Origin: Selaginella moellendorffii
Taxonomy: Eukaryota; Plantae; Lycopodiophyta
Direction of reading: 5' to 3'
DNA: 64,000 bases
Assembly (NCBI RefSeq): GCF_000143415.4
Contig: NW_003314276.1
Location: 1,650,696-1,714,695, forward strand
In this document: positions 12,195 to 25,990 of the stretch, piece by piece
Position numbering within the stretch: position 1 is the stretch's first letter
How the letters are laid out: each line of letters begins with the position of its first letter
Notes under the pieces: generated by a model
Database searches by the model: none
The model's input: the letters and a program-made list of their open reading frames with translations, nothing else
What the model was told of the DNA's origin: nothing
Made by a program: the position numbers and the translations under genes

Positions 12195-14055
12195 CCCTAA
12201 TGATCTTAACCTATTTTTAAAAGGTAATCATAAGGATCGTGAACTCATCCCTCCATGAGAGCCAACTTCTCCCGTGTTAAAACCCAGCACAAAACCTGAA
12301 AATAGAATTTCCTCTGAAAGAACGAAAAGATCTTACCTATTCTTAGCTAGGGCATCCTACAAAGATGAGTGGAAAATTCTTGTGCAGCATATGAGAGATC
12401 CAAGCAGGCTCTCCAATTCTAGCCATAGCAGTCCATTGCTAATCCAGCCCTAAAGAAAATTAGGATGGATAAGACCCTACACACATGTATATCCAACACT
12501 ACAAAGGACGATCACTTGACATACCCATCCATAAACCTTTATACTTGACCAACACAAGCTCTTGGGCCTCCATTTCTACCACTTGGCACTGCTTCTTCTT
12601 TTGCAAACTTTGAGGCTAAAGAGTTGCAGTAAAGAAGAGAAATCTGGAGCAAGTGAAACTTTGGTGTCAAGGAGGAGTTGTGATAAAGAAAATTTCTTTG
12701 GCTGCAAGGGTAGAGTAGGAGGGGCTGTGGTAAAAGGAGAGTTTTTCCCTCTTTGGCTACAACTTCCTAGTATTGCCCAGCAAATGCTGGATGAGTACAA
12801 AAATTAGTAATTTTATACAATTTTTTTCTTTTGATATTTTTATATGTATATATATATACACACACAATAGCATAGACTATATATTTAGAACACTGGTATA
12901 TTCCTAAAAGTGTTAAAGAAGAATTACTAAGTAAATATTATTGGTTAAGATAATATATGCAGTATTACTTAGGAATATGGGTATATTTAGAATATTAAGA
13001 TTTTAATAAATTTAATACTCAACCTAGAACAAATTAAAACAAATTTTTTTAGGAATGAGTTTTTTTATAGTTATAAGAATAAATATATTTAGTACAGAGA
13101 AAAACAATAAAATAAGAATTACAAAAAATAATTTTATTAATTAGATGTTACATGTAAAATATGTTTTTATTTGGGATATAAACAAATTTAGAATCGTAAA
13201 ATGTTAAGAAAACAAATATATTACTACCCAGACTCATAGAAATATAAAGAAGAACTACTAAGATTAATTATCATTAATTTAGGTAAGCATCATTTAAATA
13301 TTATGTGTTTACTTGGAATATGAATAAATATACAACTAAGATTTAAAGAGTTACTTTGCCATGTGTGTTTCTTAGAATATAGAACAATAAAACTTTAAGA
13401 ACACTAATCTACTACCCAGACCAAGTAAAACTAAGAAAAGAAATACAAAAAAGATTTTTTATTAATATATAAACTATAAATTTAAAACCTTGTTTATATT
13501 AAGACTATGAGAACCTATGCATATTTTTCCCACATCTCAACTCTTCCCTAACTTCTGAGCATATTGTAATTGCCCAATCAATACATCAGTACAGCTTCTC
13601 TATTTATCAACTAAACATATACATAAAGAAGAAATTTGTAAGACAGGGTAAGTGCCATCTTAATTATACTAACTGATTGAGGCAAGTTTAAATCAATATG
13701 AATTTTAATCATAGTATCCAAGCTAGGAAACAATATTCTTGGCCCAATAGTTTTGCCACCTAAGCAACATCTCCTGTACAATCACCTCAGCAGCCATGCC
13801 CTATGGGAACCCCAAATGCTGTTGTTCTTGTGCCCACACAATCCTTTGCAAGAGTTTTCTAAGAGCCAAAAAAAAATTGATAAGCAATGTAGGAGGGCCA
13901 CAGAACCACAGTAGGCAACATTTTTTGTCACTTACTGTCCATGGCTTATGCCCCAACAATTCTTTATCCCAGCACCCAGCCTTCGTCCACAAACAGAGGA
14001 AGGTGGAATAGCAAAAGAGTTTGTGCTTACCCCGACTTTGATCAACCACAGTGGA

Positions 14056-14155
14056 NNNNNNNNNNNNNNNNNNNNNNNNNNNNNNNNNNNNNNNNNNNNN
14101 NNNNNNNNNNNNNNNNNNNNNNNNNNNNNNNNNNNNNNNNNNNNNNNNNNNNNNN
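14056..14155. other. Assembly gap (100 N)
   Basis: Run of N. Confidence 1.
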
Positions 14156-14929
14156 GTGGACTTGACACTCTCAGCCTTCTGCTACTAGAACTCTTGCATG
14201 AGTGAGCAGAAGCAATGGGAGATAAAATCCTAGCTCTGCGATCCAGGCAGCCCTAGAGCTTGGTTCTGTAGTGTGCAGAGAGGTAGCAACACAGCCCAGA
14301 AGTGTAGAGCAAGCAATACAAGAGCCCGTAAAATAGGCATGCTGAGAAAATGAAACTCACATAAGAAAGCAAGAAGCAAGATCTTGACACAAACAGTACC
14401 AGGACATGGCTCATTCTAGTGGCGTTGACATAGTGCCTCAGATTTAGATTGCAAATCGGCAACAATGGCAAGGGCTGTCTCACCATTTCATAAATCCTAG
14501 ATAAACAAAAACCAATTCACTCGACAGGTGACAGGCGCAGTCACAGTCAACACATTTGCATATGCCACATGTTGCAGTGCCTTCTTCTTTTGCCAGCTTG
14601 GCCACCTCCTATTGGCCGAGAGCAAACATCAGCATAAGATGTGGTTAAAGAAATATTATTGATTATTCAATAAGATGTGGTTAAAGAAATAATCACTTTA
14701 CAATTACCCCCCATCGGACGGCTGCGATTGGCTGGATCTGGTGGCCTAGAAAGTTTGGCACTCCCTCCTTATTATAATAGACTAGCACTTGCTTAACATA
14801 TACTGTGCTGTTAACAAATACTGTTTTGAATGTTAAGTCTAATGAACAAATAAAACAGCTTGCTAATAGGACAACATTCTTGATCAAGAATTTGCTTTAG
14901 TGCTACAAACAATGTATGGAAGATTTAAT

Positions 14930-17900
14930 ATAAGCCTCCTTATATACTATGTTGATAGTGAAAGTAGGACTCAAAGGGAATAACTATCCTTGGAGTGATG
15001 TGTTTTGTACTTTAATGCCTAATACTGCTAGTGATGTGCATCTTGATAAAGCCATATAAAATTGACCATGGGTGAAAACTGGATATGGCAAGTGTATTCC
15101 GACTCAGTCAAATGTTTGGCCTTGACATTTAGAGATTGTAAGGCAATACCCTAGATGCACTAGAAATTGTCTTCTGGACATTTTAAATGGAATTTTTGTG
15201 AATGAAGGTGTGAGTGTGATTTGAGGGATGAAAGCTCGTGTACCTTTGAATTGGCCTAATACAATTTCATAGTCTAGAACTGTTAGTAAGGCATGTTAAG
15301 TATGAGGCGTGCACCATTACATAGTCCAATCAAGACATATATTCCTTAATAGAATAAAGATAATACCTTATTTAAGCAAGAGTTTATGTGGTGGAAGACC
15401 AGAAGGAGTAATGGAATTTAAGAATTCAACTCAAAAATCTTCTAGGTGTTCAGTATCAAATCAACACTTTTATAAATATGTATATCATCAAGTAAGGAAG
15501 AGACTATAGCATTATTAATAGGAAAAGTATCATCATTAAGTGGGGTAAGTATGACTCTATTAGATGCAACGTAGGGGTCTGAAATATTCTGTAGAGATGG
15601 GAAAATATAATCAACAATAGAGGATATTATTACCATATGTAAGGTAATACAATAGATTCTGAAGGCAAATTGGGTAAATTCATATAATTATTACCATTTC
15701 CAATTTGAAGAAGTCAATCAGCTTATAAAGAGTTGTTTTCAATTAGTCTCATATTCCTTTTTAATGGAAGTGTTCTAAAAAATTTTCATAACCTATTTAT
15801 TTTTACTAAATTTGAAACAATTTGTGCTCAACGACCATATGGAATAACTGGTAGTGTTTGTCTAAGTCACCACTTCCAATAATAAAAATTCCTCCAAAAG
15901 GTAATTCATTTATTTTTATATCTTGTAATGCTAAATTAATGGTAGAAAATGTATGTGTATTGTAGCGCATGTGATCATAGGATAAGATTTGGATATACTG
16001 TCATCGTGGATCCTTAAAACCTTGGGGGATAAATGGGGATAAAATAGCCACTAAAGGTTCTCTCATCAAGCAATTGCCCTTTTCCCAGTTGGTTTAAGAG
16101 GAGAAAGATAGGATGCGCTACATGTATGAACCATACTAATTTCATCCTATATGAACGCATTTTTATTTTTTCTGGCTTGCTTTACTATTAGCTGTAATAG
16201 TAGAAGTAGAAATTTCATTTATTGGAACAGGAAGTTTAAAAGTTATATATAATATTTGACCATTATGCAATAAAGTGCTTACAATACCTGTCCAAGCCAT
16301 ACTAATTACATTTTTGTTTAGAAGTTGAAATATATGTATAAGAGTGTTAAGTAGAAAATTTTTACCAATACTACCAGGACCATCAATGAAAATATATCAA
16401 TTTTTCTCGGTTAATCGTGCTGAGGATATCATTATATATAATCTATTGCTCATCATTAAACTGAAGTAAATTTTGTTCTACAAAATAAATGAATTGTGTC
16501 AAATTAATATGATTATTTGCATCAAAGTTTGTATAAAATAAAAGTAATTCATAATCTTGATTGGATTTTCCATATAGATTGAATTTCCTATTTATATCAT
16601 GTAAAGCACACTCATAACAAAGTAATGGATCTATTAGTATAAAATATTTAGAAAAAGAGTTTTTGCATTTTTCCCACAAGGAATAAAGATTTTTTGGACT
16701 ATAAAAGACACATAAAAAAAAATATTTGTCTTAATTGTGGTGGCATTTTGAAAGAGCAAGCATCTTCTAAACATTTTTCCCATTCTGTATTATTTGCTAG
16801 AAGTCCCATAGCAGATGCAGTAAGTTGAAATATTTCAAAATAAATATTATGAACTATTTTTAGATTGTTAAAAGAAGTAGCCCCTCTTTTGTAAAGTAAT
16901 ATAAAATATAAATGATAAAGTTTAGTATTAGATAAGGAAAAAAAATACATTTGTGAGATAATATTTTATTGATATCTAATGGTGAGTGCATTTATTATAT
17001 GTATAATGTAGAGGAATTTTAGGATACCTATACTGCCTTGCATTTGGATCATGTCTATTTAATTCAAACCATTTTGTTAACATAGTACCATTTTGAGTAG
17101 CTCTTTGAAGTTTAATTTGCTTATTACCTTCGATGAAATAAATATTTTCAAAATTTTCTAGATGAAGAAGAAGATGAATTATAAATGTTGAATAGCCATG
17201 AATTTTAAATTGGAAAAGTTTCTATATAGTTTCTGGAGCAGAAACATAATAGGTATTTAAAAAACTTGAAATTTCATTCTAGTTTAAGCTATTATCATGT
17301 TGTTGAGTTGTTGAAAGGATTTTAATAGTGACATAATCATAACCTTTATAAAAATATTAAAATAGATATTTAATACTTTTTATAGTTGCATATATTTTAA
17401 TATTTATATGAGCTTTCTATTTTTTACAGAGGTACTTGTTATAAGGTACAACCCAATGGTTATCCATATAATAACCATATTTAAAAATTGTATGTCCATT
17501 GTCTTGTCCATAATAATCTGGATATCCATTAACTGAAAATGTTGTTTCATAATTAAATTTTTTGGAAAACCTTTCGAGCAAGAACTATTTTCCATGCAAG
17601 AACTATTAGGATAAAAAAAGTCCACATGGTCCATGCATATAACTATTTCAAAAATTTCAGGCTCGTCATGAGGATTTAGTAATCCAACCATGATATATTG
17701 ATTAATTGCATCACGGTCTTTAATTTTATTTTCATGGGCTAGAATTCCTAGAAAATGACAATGTGGGAGACCTCTTTTTTGGAACTCAATTGCATATATA
17801 TATGCTATATATTTTCCAAATACATATCTTTTTATTGTGTCTTTCAAAAATTCTTTAAGGTTAATATGGAAAACTCTAGAGACCAAATTAGGACAGTCTT

Positions 17901-19340
17901 TAGGACTTTCATTTGGATGTAAGTGTTTTATAATTTCTATTCATTTAGGTTTGCAAGTGAAAGTAAAGAAAATATCTAGTTTTGAATAATGAGTAACAAT
18001 TGCCATTGCATCTTGATAATTTAGTTGCATTGCTCTAGGTTGAAGGTAGTATAACAATTTTACTGGGGTTTATATTTTCATTTAAAACATGATTTGCAAC
18101 ATAATCCATAAGACTAATATACATTTCTACTCATATTTTTTTTTGGTGGGTACGATAGTAATATTGATAATATTATAATATATAGATTATGTTGCAAATC
18201 ATGTTTTAAACTGAAAATATGCATCAATAATTATGCATTGACAATATATTGTTGAGTAAGCTTGCTAGCATGTAAGATTTGGTCAAAACCTAATTGTAGT
18301 GTGTCTCTTTTAGATAAGCGATATGCCTAATATAAAAGTAATGTAGTTTGACATTGTCACATGTTCACAATATTTGTATGCCATCCTTTATCACCAAAAG
18401 AAAATATCCAAAGATAAACCATAGGATCACCATTAACACCAAGTGGTTAAATCTTTCTAGAATGATTTACCCTGGAATATATATCAATTTCCCCATCCAC
18501 ATGGGGGTTCTTCATTCTCATTAACAAAAAAAATAGCAACATCATTTGTTTGTGGTATATTATAATGTCAATTATCTGTTCCTTCATTTCTTAGTAACAT
18601 ATAAACACCATGTAAAGGATGGCCTGTAACTACTACTTCATGAAGTTTTTTTTATTCCATTTCATACATCATTCTGTAAGCATGTGCATATGAATTAATA
18701 TGACAAAGGAGTGTATCAAGATATAATAGTAAATCTTACTCACAACTTGTATTAAATGGGTTTTGATGCCTTATATATGTGGCTTCTTGTGTATCTAGCA
18801 TATAAAGTTGCCCGTAAGATGGACTTTGATCACCAGAAGAATGTGATGACATGACACTATGGTAAATCGACCTATGAATTCTAAATTAATAAAGACTATT
18901 ACCCCTTAAAGTGTCAATGTTAGCACCCATTGATGCAAATGCAAAGGCACTATTATAGTGTTTAATATTAGTTCTGAAATTAGAGTTTTTGTTTTGCTTG
19001 TAAAGTGTAAGTAAAGTATTTGGCAAAGGTAATACAGTTGGCAATATCACTTGACTATGTTGACAACACATAGTAATGTTCTCATTTTTAAAATGTGATA
19101 CATTACAAATAACACAAATAGATGATAAAAAACCATGAAATTTGTGAATCTTTATAAATAGTGTGACTTGCTAGTGTGGTTTGTGAAGGTGGAGATGGTG
19201 TAGTGGATATTGCTTGATATGTATATATTTCATTTTAATTTGAAGCGGCTCAGGTGTTTATCAAAATTGTTAGTATCGAAATTCTTATCTAAATGATTGG
19301 TATTTTTTATAGTTCTAAGAAGATGACGAAGGTGAGGCAT
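14930..19340 (-). pseudogene. Helitron RepHel remnant, copy 2 (near full length)
   Basis: HUH motif EFQKRGLPHCH (ORF 17404-17886), YFYKGYD, Walker A FIDGPGSIGKNF (~16355-16395), and PIF1 C-terminal motifs TISKCQGQT and FTHGQFYMALSR (~15040-15145). Many stops. Confidence 0.93.
15961..16122 (+). mobile_element. Solo LTR of the TRIM family (162 bp), TSD TGTAT
   Basis: TGTAGCGCA...TGCGCTACA; reverse-complement match to the LTRs at 58960-59121; TGTAT on both flanks. Confidence 0.92.
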
Positions 19341-19499
19341 AATTTAAAATTTTCAAGTACAAAGCTAGAAAACTATAGCTTATGCAGGTTCATGTTTGTA
19401 AACAAACTTGAATTTACAAGAGAAATATGAAATAGTGTTTGGAGGTTAAGGATATAAACAAACATGAATGCTGTATGGTTAGAAGAAAGATTGACTTTT

Positions 19500-19661
19500 T
19501 GTAGCACACCTTATGTCTCTCCCCTTAAGCTAACTGGAAAAGGGGCAATTGCTTGATGAGAGAGCCTTTAATAGCTATTTTATCTCCATTTATCCCTCAA
19601 AGTTCCAAAGATCCATGGTAACAATATATCTAAATCTCATCCCATAATCACATGCGCTACA
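19500..19661 (-). mobile_element. Solo LTR of the TRIM family, TSD CTTTT/CCTTT
   Basis: Direct match to 58960-59121. The empty site is seen in the paralogous Helitron sequence at ~2431-2450. Confidence 0.9.
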
Positions 19662-21980
19662 CCTTTTGTTGCAAGCTATTGTGATTTTTGGTGGTGCCTT
19701 TAAGCCCAAAACCTAATTGTGAGATTTAGGGTTATATAAAGCAAGAGCTAAAAAATTATGTCATGCCGAATACAGATTGGATCTAGCCCATTTGGGCAAT
19801 TGGGATTTCCATAGCATCACAAGGCATCGAGGTTTATGGCTGCCTTAGCTACAGCGGTAGTGGTGTCAGATCGGTCATCGCCATAGCTCGAGAATCTCCA
19901 GTGCCACCACAGAGCAACAGTCACAGTGGAGCTGATCCAAGGCATTGAAATCGTGATCGGCAGCGATGGATCGACCACAAGAGTGCCATAGATTTCAATC
20001 CCTCTCTAGTCACCAAGAGATCTCTGGTGACAAAGGTTTTCTTGTAGTCTGATCTAGATTTTCAAGAGGATCAAGTGCTCCAGCATCACCAGCAGCAGTA
20101 CAAGATCGAGTCAGGCACACAGGTGAAGGGAAAAATTGAGTTTGTAGTTGTACACCAAGTACCTCTTCTCTAGCTTCCTTATGCTTTAGTTTGATGACAT
20201 CAAGTGTAGGAATGCATTTCAGCTACATTTGGGAATGATGTTTCATCTGCATGTGTAGTTTAAATGGGGGCTTAGGTCACTTCTATAATTTGCATTGAGG
20301 CAAGGCTGTGTAAAATTTTTGTCGCTGTTTTAACTACAATTGTTTTCTACTATTAGGATAGAGTGCTATATTAGTCTGTCAAAAAATTCTTGCATATGGT
20401 GGAGAGGTACATCATGTGAGTTCACGTGCTTTTCTAACTTCACGTGAACTATAGGACATATCAAGATGTCTTTTATGGGTCCAACAACGGCACGGGAACT
20501 GGCCCCTCGTGAAAACTGTCAGAATACAAGAGGAGTTTATAACGCTTTTGAGTTTCTATAAAATGTGAGAGTTTCCTGGGATTTCCAGTATGATGAGACT
20601 TCTTTGCGTTGTAGGTTTTGGACTCTTATTCCGAAGATTCTGAAGAAAACTATACCAAGGCCAGTTCCCTTTGCTAAAGGATTTGTTAAATCACTCAAGT
20701 AAGGTTTTCTTTGTTGCTGTCAATTTGAACTCCAATGCTAATGCTTGCAAAATTCATAGGACTAATGCTATGGAGTTTTTTTCCAAATTGAAGAATGGTG
20801 ATGATTATAGAAAGGAAGCATTTAGAAGCAGCTAGTTTGTATACAGGCTTTTATTTGAAGTATATCCATGCCTCCTCATGAATGGTCTAATTTATAGAGA
20901 AAGTCAAGTATACTGTCATTTATTAAATCTTAGGGACATTCTTAATGTGTCACTTGAACTTAGCCACAATTTTCAGTGATGGTGGCCCTTGAGCTTTACA
21001 AATAACTTGTGTTGCATGCAAATAGCTGGTATTGGGAAAGATTTGAAGTATGTGTCAGTTGCATTGGTGGTTATTGAAAGCCATCCAGTTGTATGTAGTA
21101 CTTAAAGATGAAGTTTTTGTCATATATCCTCCTGGTAATCCTTTCTTTTTTTTTTTTAATTGAGCATGACTCAATTGCCTTATAGGTTGGAGGAGTAGCC
21201 TCTACACCTAGCATTGCCAAATTTATTGAAGATAAGTGTGTATTTTGATTCATTTTATCAATCCCTTATGTTTGTACCATGCAAAATTGTCTACTTAATT
21301 CAAGTGACAAAGAAATGAGCGACAAAGCTCCCAAGCTTGAGGTCAGCAGCATGTAGGCAAGATAGATATTTGTTTTTTGGCCAGGTAAGCAAAGGCATAG
21401 GTACCATTAGAAATGGTGTAGCCACCAAGTTAAATTGTGTATCACATAATTTCGAATTTAAAGCTGTAGTGTCTATAGTTCAAAATTATCATCTATGATA
21501 CACCAAGTCATAATGTTCCTACATTTTAAAGAAGTCACAAAGATGATTAGGATGCCTGCTTTGGTGGAGAGTTTTGCAAGAGATTTGAGGTTGTAATAAT
21601 ACAATGGATCTCATATACAACTATGCAGCAAGTTTATAGACAATATATTGTACAAACAGAAAATGGAAGCACACTAAAACAGGAAATGAAAGTGAATAGT
21701 ACTTTAATCAACCTTGAACACAATCACTTTTGGCGAGCTTTGATCAGCACTAGTCAAGAATCAGAAGTGGTCTATTGATGGCTTATTTGTCTCCAAAAGT
21801 TTGATTGCCCCAGGCATTCGAGTAGAAGTGAACATTTTTAGAAACTGGCTAGGAGTGACACCATATCCTTGGTGTATATAAGTGTCCTTCATGTAAATGT
21901 CTTAGGGGTGGCCAGTATCTGGATAGAATTTGTCATGAACTTGCAAAGTTTGAAAAAATGTTCATTTGTTCTTGCAATGA

Positions 21981-23107
21981 TGTAGTGCATGTGGTTTTGA
22001 CCCTTTATCTTATGGTGATTTACCATAGGATAACACCACGAAGTGGAACCTAAACCCTTTTTATGCCATGTGACACATGCCACATGTCCAAAGGACAATG
22101 GTGTAGAACCCGAGGTTCAGGGCCTTGAGCCACTGAACGAAGGAACAGTGCCAAGCTCCCAAACATGGAGTCAAGGAGCATTAGCATTAGAGCATGGAAT
22201 GACTCCCTAGCATATAGCCCAAGGAGCAAAAGAACAGGAGCCTAGAGCAACTTGGAACAATCCTAGAGTAACCAGCATTCGAATGCCAGAACTAACACGC
22301 AAAACAAAGCCAAACGGAGTCTAGCGCTATTTCAGCATACTGGTGGCTTAATGCGAGGACATGGGTACTCCACCAGCTAGCATGGTGTGGAACTTGGGCT
22401 TAAACCCAAGCCGGACGCAAAATAAGGACATGCATGCAAATAGGAGTTAGACTATGCCTTAGGTTGGTCGACCATGCCTGACCTACCCACTATCCCTACT
22501 ATATATTTGGAACCCCCTATAGCCCCCCGCCCCCCTTTTTGAGGAACACATGCTTTGAACTTTCACCCCAAGCCCCCCTTAGTATCAGGAGTTAGTCTCT
22601 AGGACAAGCTCAAAACTTACTAAATATGGAATGTCCCTAAATTGTGAATTTGGACACGGAACGAACACCATTGTGTTCAAGCTAATCTCTACATTCCGTA
22701 AATATGCCAAATGAGCAAATCTAGACACTTTCCATAAATAGTATTTAAAACTGAAATGAGACTAACACAAAGGGCATGATAGTGAGGGTGTTTGGCAGAA
22801 TTTAGGGAATATTGAGGGACCAAGCTCAATATCATGGGGGTTCCCAACACTAGCAAGTGCAAGTCAACATCATGAGTTTCTCGTTATCGTGCCAAGTATG
22901 CTTGACTAAATGACAACGTAAGATTTCCTTCCTTAGTGCCCTTCCAGTCTAAGTGCACATGTGATGACCAGTTTCTCAACTAGTTTAGGAGGAGACTAAT
23001 AAAGGGTCTAGCAATACCAACCTCCTACCGTCATGGCAGTATAAAAAGAATATCCAAAAGGACTAGCTCATAGGTAACTTTCGATACCTGAAATCACATT
23101 CACGACA
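21981..23107 (-). mobile_element. Solo LTR (chromovirus-related family, long variant), TSD AATGA/AATGG
   Basis: TGTAG...CACGACA; colinear with 48301-49443. Confidence 0.88.
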
Positions 23108-24749
23108 AATGGTGTCACCAACCAATATCTCGTGTTTGTTTCTCGACCCTAAACTTTTTGCAAACATGGCAGCCGCAACAAACAGAAATTGCTCGAGGGT
23201 TTTCAGGGATGAAATGGTCATGCACCTATTGACAAAACATGCATTCTGAACTGCTAGTATACATCAAGAAAGATATACCCCAAAGAAGTTCTTTCTGTAT
23301 ATGAATAAGACAAAGTGCAATTGCTTTTGTATGTGGTCCTAAGGCATATTATCAGGAATTTTCAAGACAATAGTTGAGGGTGCAATCCTAAACACATTTT
23401 TATCTTTAGTTCCTTGGAGATTGTAGAAACTATGACTTGGCATGTCCCTAGAAAACCATGATGATTTGAGCTCATGATAAATATGGTCTATATCACCTAG
23501 CACATGCACCTACTTTTGAAGTTCATCCAAAAATTCTAGTCATAATATTACAAATACTTTATAGATGTTTTTAACTTCAAGATCATCAGCAATGAATATG
23601 ATGTTTGTAGTGCTAGGCATTTGATCTACACTAGTGATTGCCATAGCAATTGTTATAGAAGTATAAGCAAAAGCATCCTCTACAAACTAACTTAGTAGAA
23701 CAATGTCTGATGGTTTGACAAAATCAAGCATTGGAGGAGCCTTCTTTGGCCATGCTCGAACATGTGCGGCTATAGAAATATCTACTGAGAGACAATGGAG
23801 CCCCAAATGATATTTTGGGATTATTAACTCTAACCTTGTAGTGTTGAATACATAGCTAGTTAGATGGCTTGAAAAGGTGGCTGTATTTATCAGTATTGAA
23901 GCTATTGCAAGGTGCATGTCGTAGTTGTCAATGAAATCAATATTAAGGAACCTTGATGTTGATGCCATACTTGTTGAGTGGACCTTATATTGAAATCATA
24001 ACTGCTGTACCGAGATAATACATATATAAAAAGTAGCTCACCACCTGAATGAAATTGTAGATCCATAATATGAACATATGTATATTATGTTTCCTAAAAG
24101 GAAGCAATCAGATTCCATATGCCAAGGTCTAGAATGCTATATAATTTACGCTTAGCTAAAAAATCCCGTTACAAACCCATAACTAAAAAAAAAATCTAAA
24201 ATTGAGCAATACCTGGCACTTGGCTGGAAGTATGTGTCTAAAAACCTAGATCTAGCTATAGAGAAGGTTTAAGAAGCAAAAAAGCCAAGTGCCAATACCA
24301 CTAAAATAGTAAAGGGACTTTGAAAATGTAATGGTTGTTTGAAGTCTTCTTGTACACTATTCCTCAATCTGTAAACACTATATTATAATAGACTAAGTAG
24401 CTGAAGCACTAAGGTGCTTAGATTCTGGAAAGAAAAGTGATTAAATTCTGCTTTATCAAGATAAACACAAACTTGGTTCACTGCTCTCTCCACCCATCTC
24501 TACATCATCTAGAATTTGTTGTTGCTGCAAAGAAACATCATCTAGTAATGACTGGTAATTGCAATCTACATGGTCTTGAGACCCCACATTAGAATCACTA
24601 GCGACCACTGCTATCGGAGAGAAAGATCCTGAATGAAGCAATTGACTAACTTTGGGTTAATCACAATTGTTGGCCCAAAGGCCTACTTAAGTTTTGCCAT
24701 GTCATTAGGCAAATGCAAAACTCGCAATAGCTTTATCACTTGACAAGAC

Positions 24750-24865
24750 AAGCAACAGGTGCAGTCACAGTCAACACATTTGCATGTGACATGTGTCACA
24801 GCGCCTTCTTCTCCCACCCCACGCGGTTTGGCTGCCTCCCATTGGCCAGGAGCAAACATCAACAC
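24750..24865 (-). repeat. Internal copy of the Helitron 5'-subterminal segment (also at ~26358-26467 and ~14530-14630)
   Basis: GCAGTCACAGTCAACACATTTGCAT...CCTCCCATTGGCC.GAGCAAACATCA-like block occurs three times. Confidence 0.85.
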
Positions 24866-24869
24866 TTTC

Positions 24870-25990
24870 TCCTCATTATTGGAGGACTTCTTGAAGAGTG
24901 TGTTCTTGAGAGCTTGAGTAGTCAAGGGGCGATTTTTTGCTGCTGGATCCATTAGAGACTTGATCAAGCTCTGGAACGCAAGAGAGAATCTAGGAAGAAG
25001 AGCGAGCTTTCCCTGGTGGATGGCTTGATACCAGACGCCAGTGGTGGTGAGTATCTCGCGAGCTTGTAGAATGTTGCCCCTAGGGAAAACATGTTAGCTT
25101 TGTCAAGGTGGCTGTGATCATTGTTGATGAGCTCCATCGGGAGATATCTCAAGTTGCCATCCTCGTTGGAAATGGTTCCATAAATTTGACTAGTGAGGCC
25201 TAAGTTGCCAATCTTTTAGACACTATTGTGGATGTAGATCTTGTCGGGCTTCACATCCAGATGAGTGAGGCCATGTAAGTGTAAGTGCTTCAAAGTGTTT
25301 AAGAGCTGTCATGCATAACAAAATAAGAAAAGAACACAATTGAGCTGCTTACTTGAAACATCGCCTCGGTCAGCTTGTTCTTTGTGAATGTCCATCTCAT
25401 CTTGTAGATTCATCTCGCATAGCTCCATTTGGATATATAAAAAGTCATTCTCAAACCATAAAGAGAAGTAGTGCACTACATTTTCATGGTAACCTGGAAG
25501 CTGGATAAGTTTTGAGGAAGCCAGTGGTAATACTGAAAGAAAAAAGCCAACTCAAGACAGAAAAGTGCCTGAACTTCTCTTAGTGCTTTCCTCTTGCAAA
25601 GAGAAAAATTTGCCAAAACAATACCATAGTCTCTTGAATATAGTGATGAACCGATCACTCAGGAAGAGCTTCCCGATGAACCGATCACTCGATGAGAGAA
25701 CTGATCACTCAGTAAGTGCTCTCTCGGGAAACACATTAGTGTTAAAAAAAGAGTTCCGGAAGCATGGGGGGACATGATGTGCTGTCGCAGAGACAATGTC
25801 TTTGCATTCTCTGCTTCTTGGTTCAAATATTCATCTAAGAAAAGAAGAACAAAACGAAAAAAGCTTGAGTGAGTGTTTAAGATTGTCAAAGCAAAGCTAG
25901 ACATATCACTTCTTGGTCTTTTGCTCCATAGAGGCATCAGACCCACAAGGAATAGCTTTGAGATTTGAGCATCATGGTCTCATTGCCAGT
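24870..25990 (-). pseudogene. WEE1: WEE1-like protein kinase fragment, intron-containing and disrupted
   Basis: ALREVQAL, WFENDFLYIQMELCE, HLDVKPDKIYI, KIGNLGL, RYLPMELINNDHSHLDKANMFSLGAT, GKLALLP..LIKSLMDP. Contains stops and lost catalytic residues. Confidence 0.82.

Larger units (their letters stand above)
1..14781 (-). mobile_element. Putative large cargo-carrying Helitron (5' end at 14781; 3' end outside the window)
   Basis: The minus strand starts TCTATTATAATAAGGAGGGAG at 14781. About 400 bp (14380-14781) match the other Helitron 5' end at 26215-26590. RepHel lies at 1-2250 on the same strand. Continuity is inferred across an N gap and about 12 kb of cargo. Confidence 0.5.

Noticed and set aside
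12830-13520. AT-rich stretch with recurring AGAATAT/TAAGAA words
   Set aside because: No clear period or termini; cannot be distinguished from low-complexity TE decay by eye.
13932-14205. ORFs spanning 14056-14155
   Set aside because: Artefacts of translating through the N gap.
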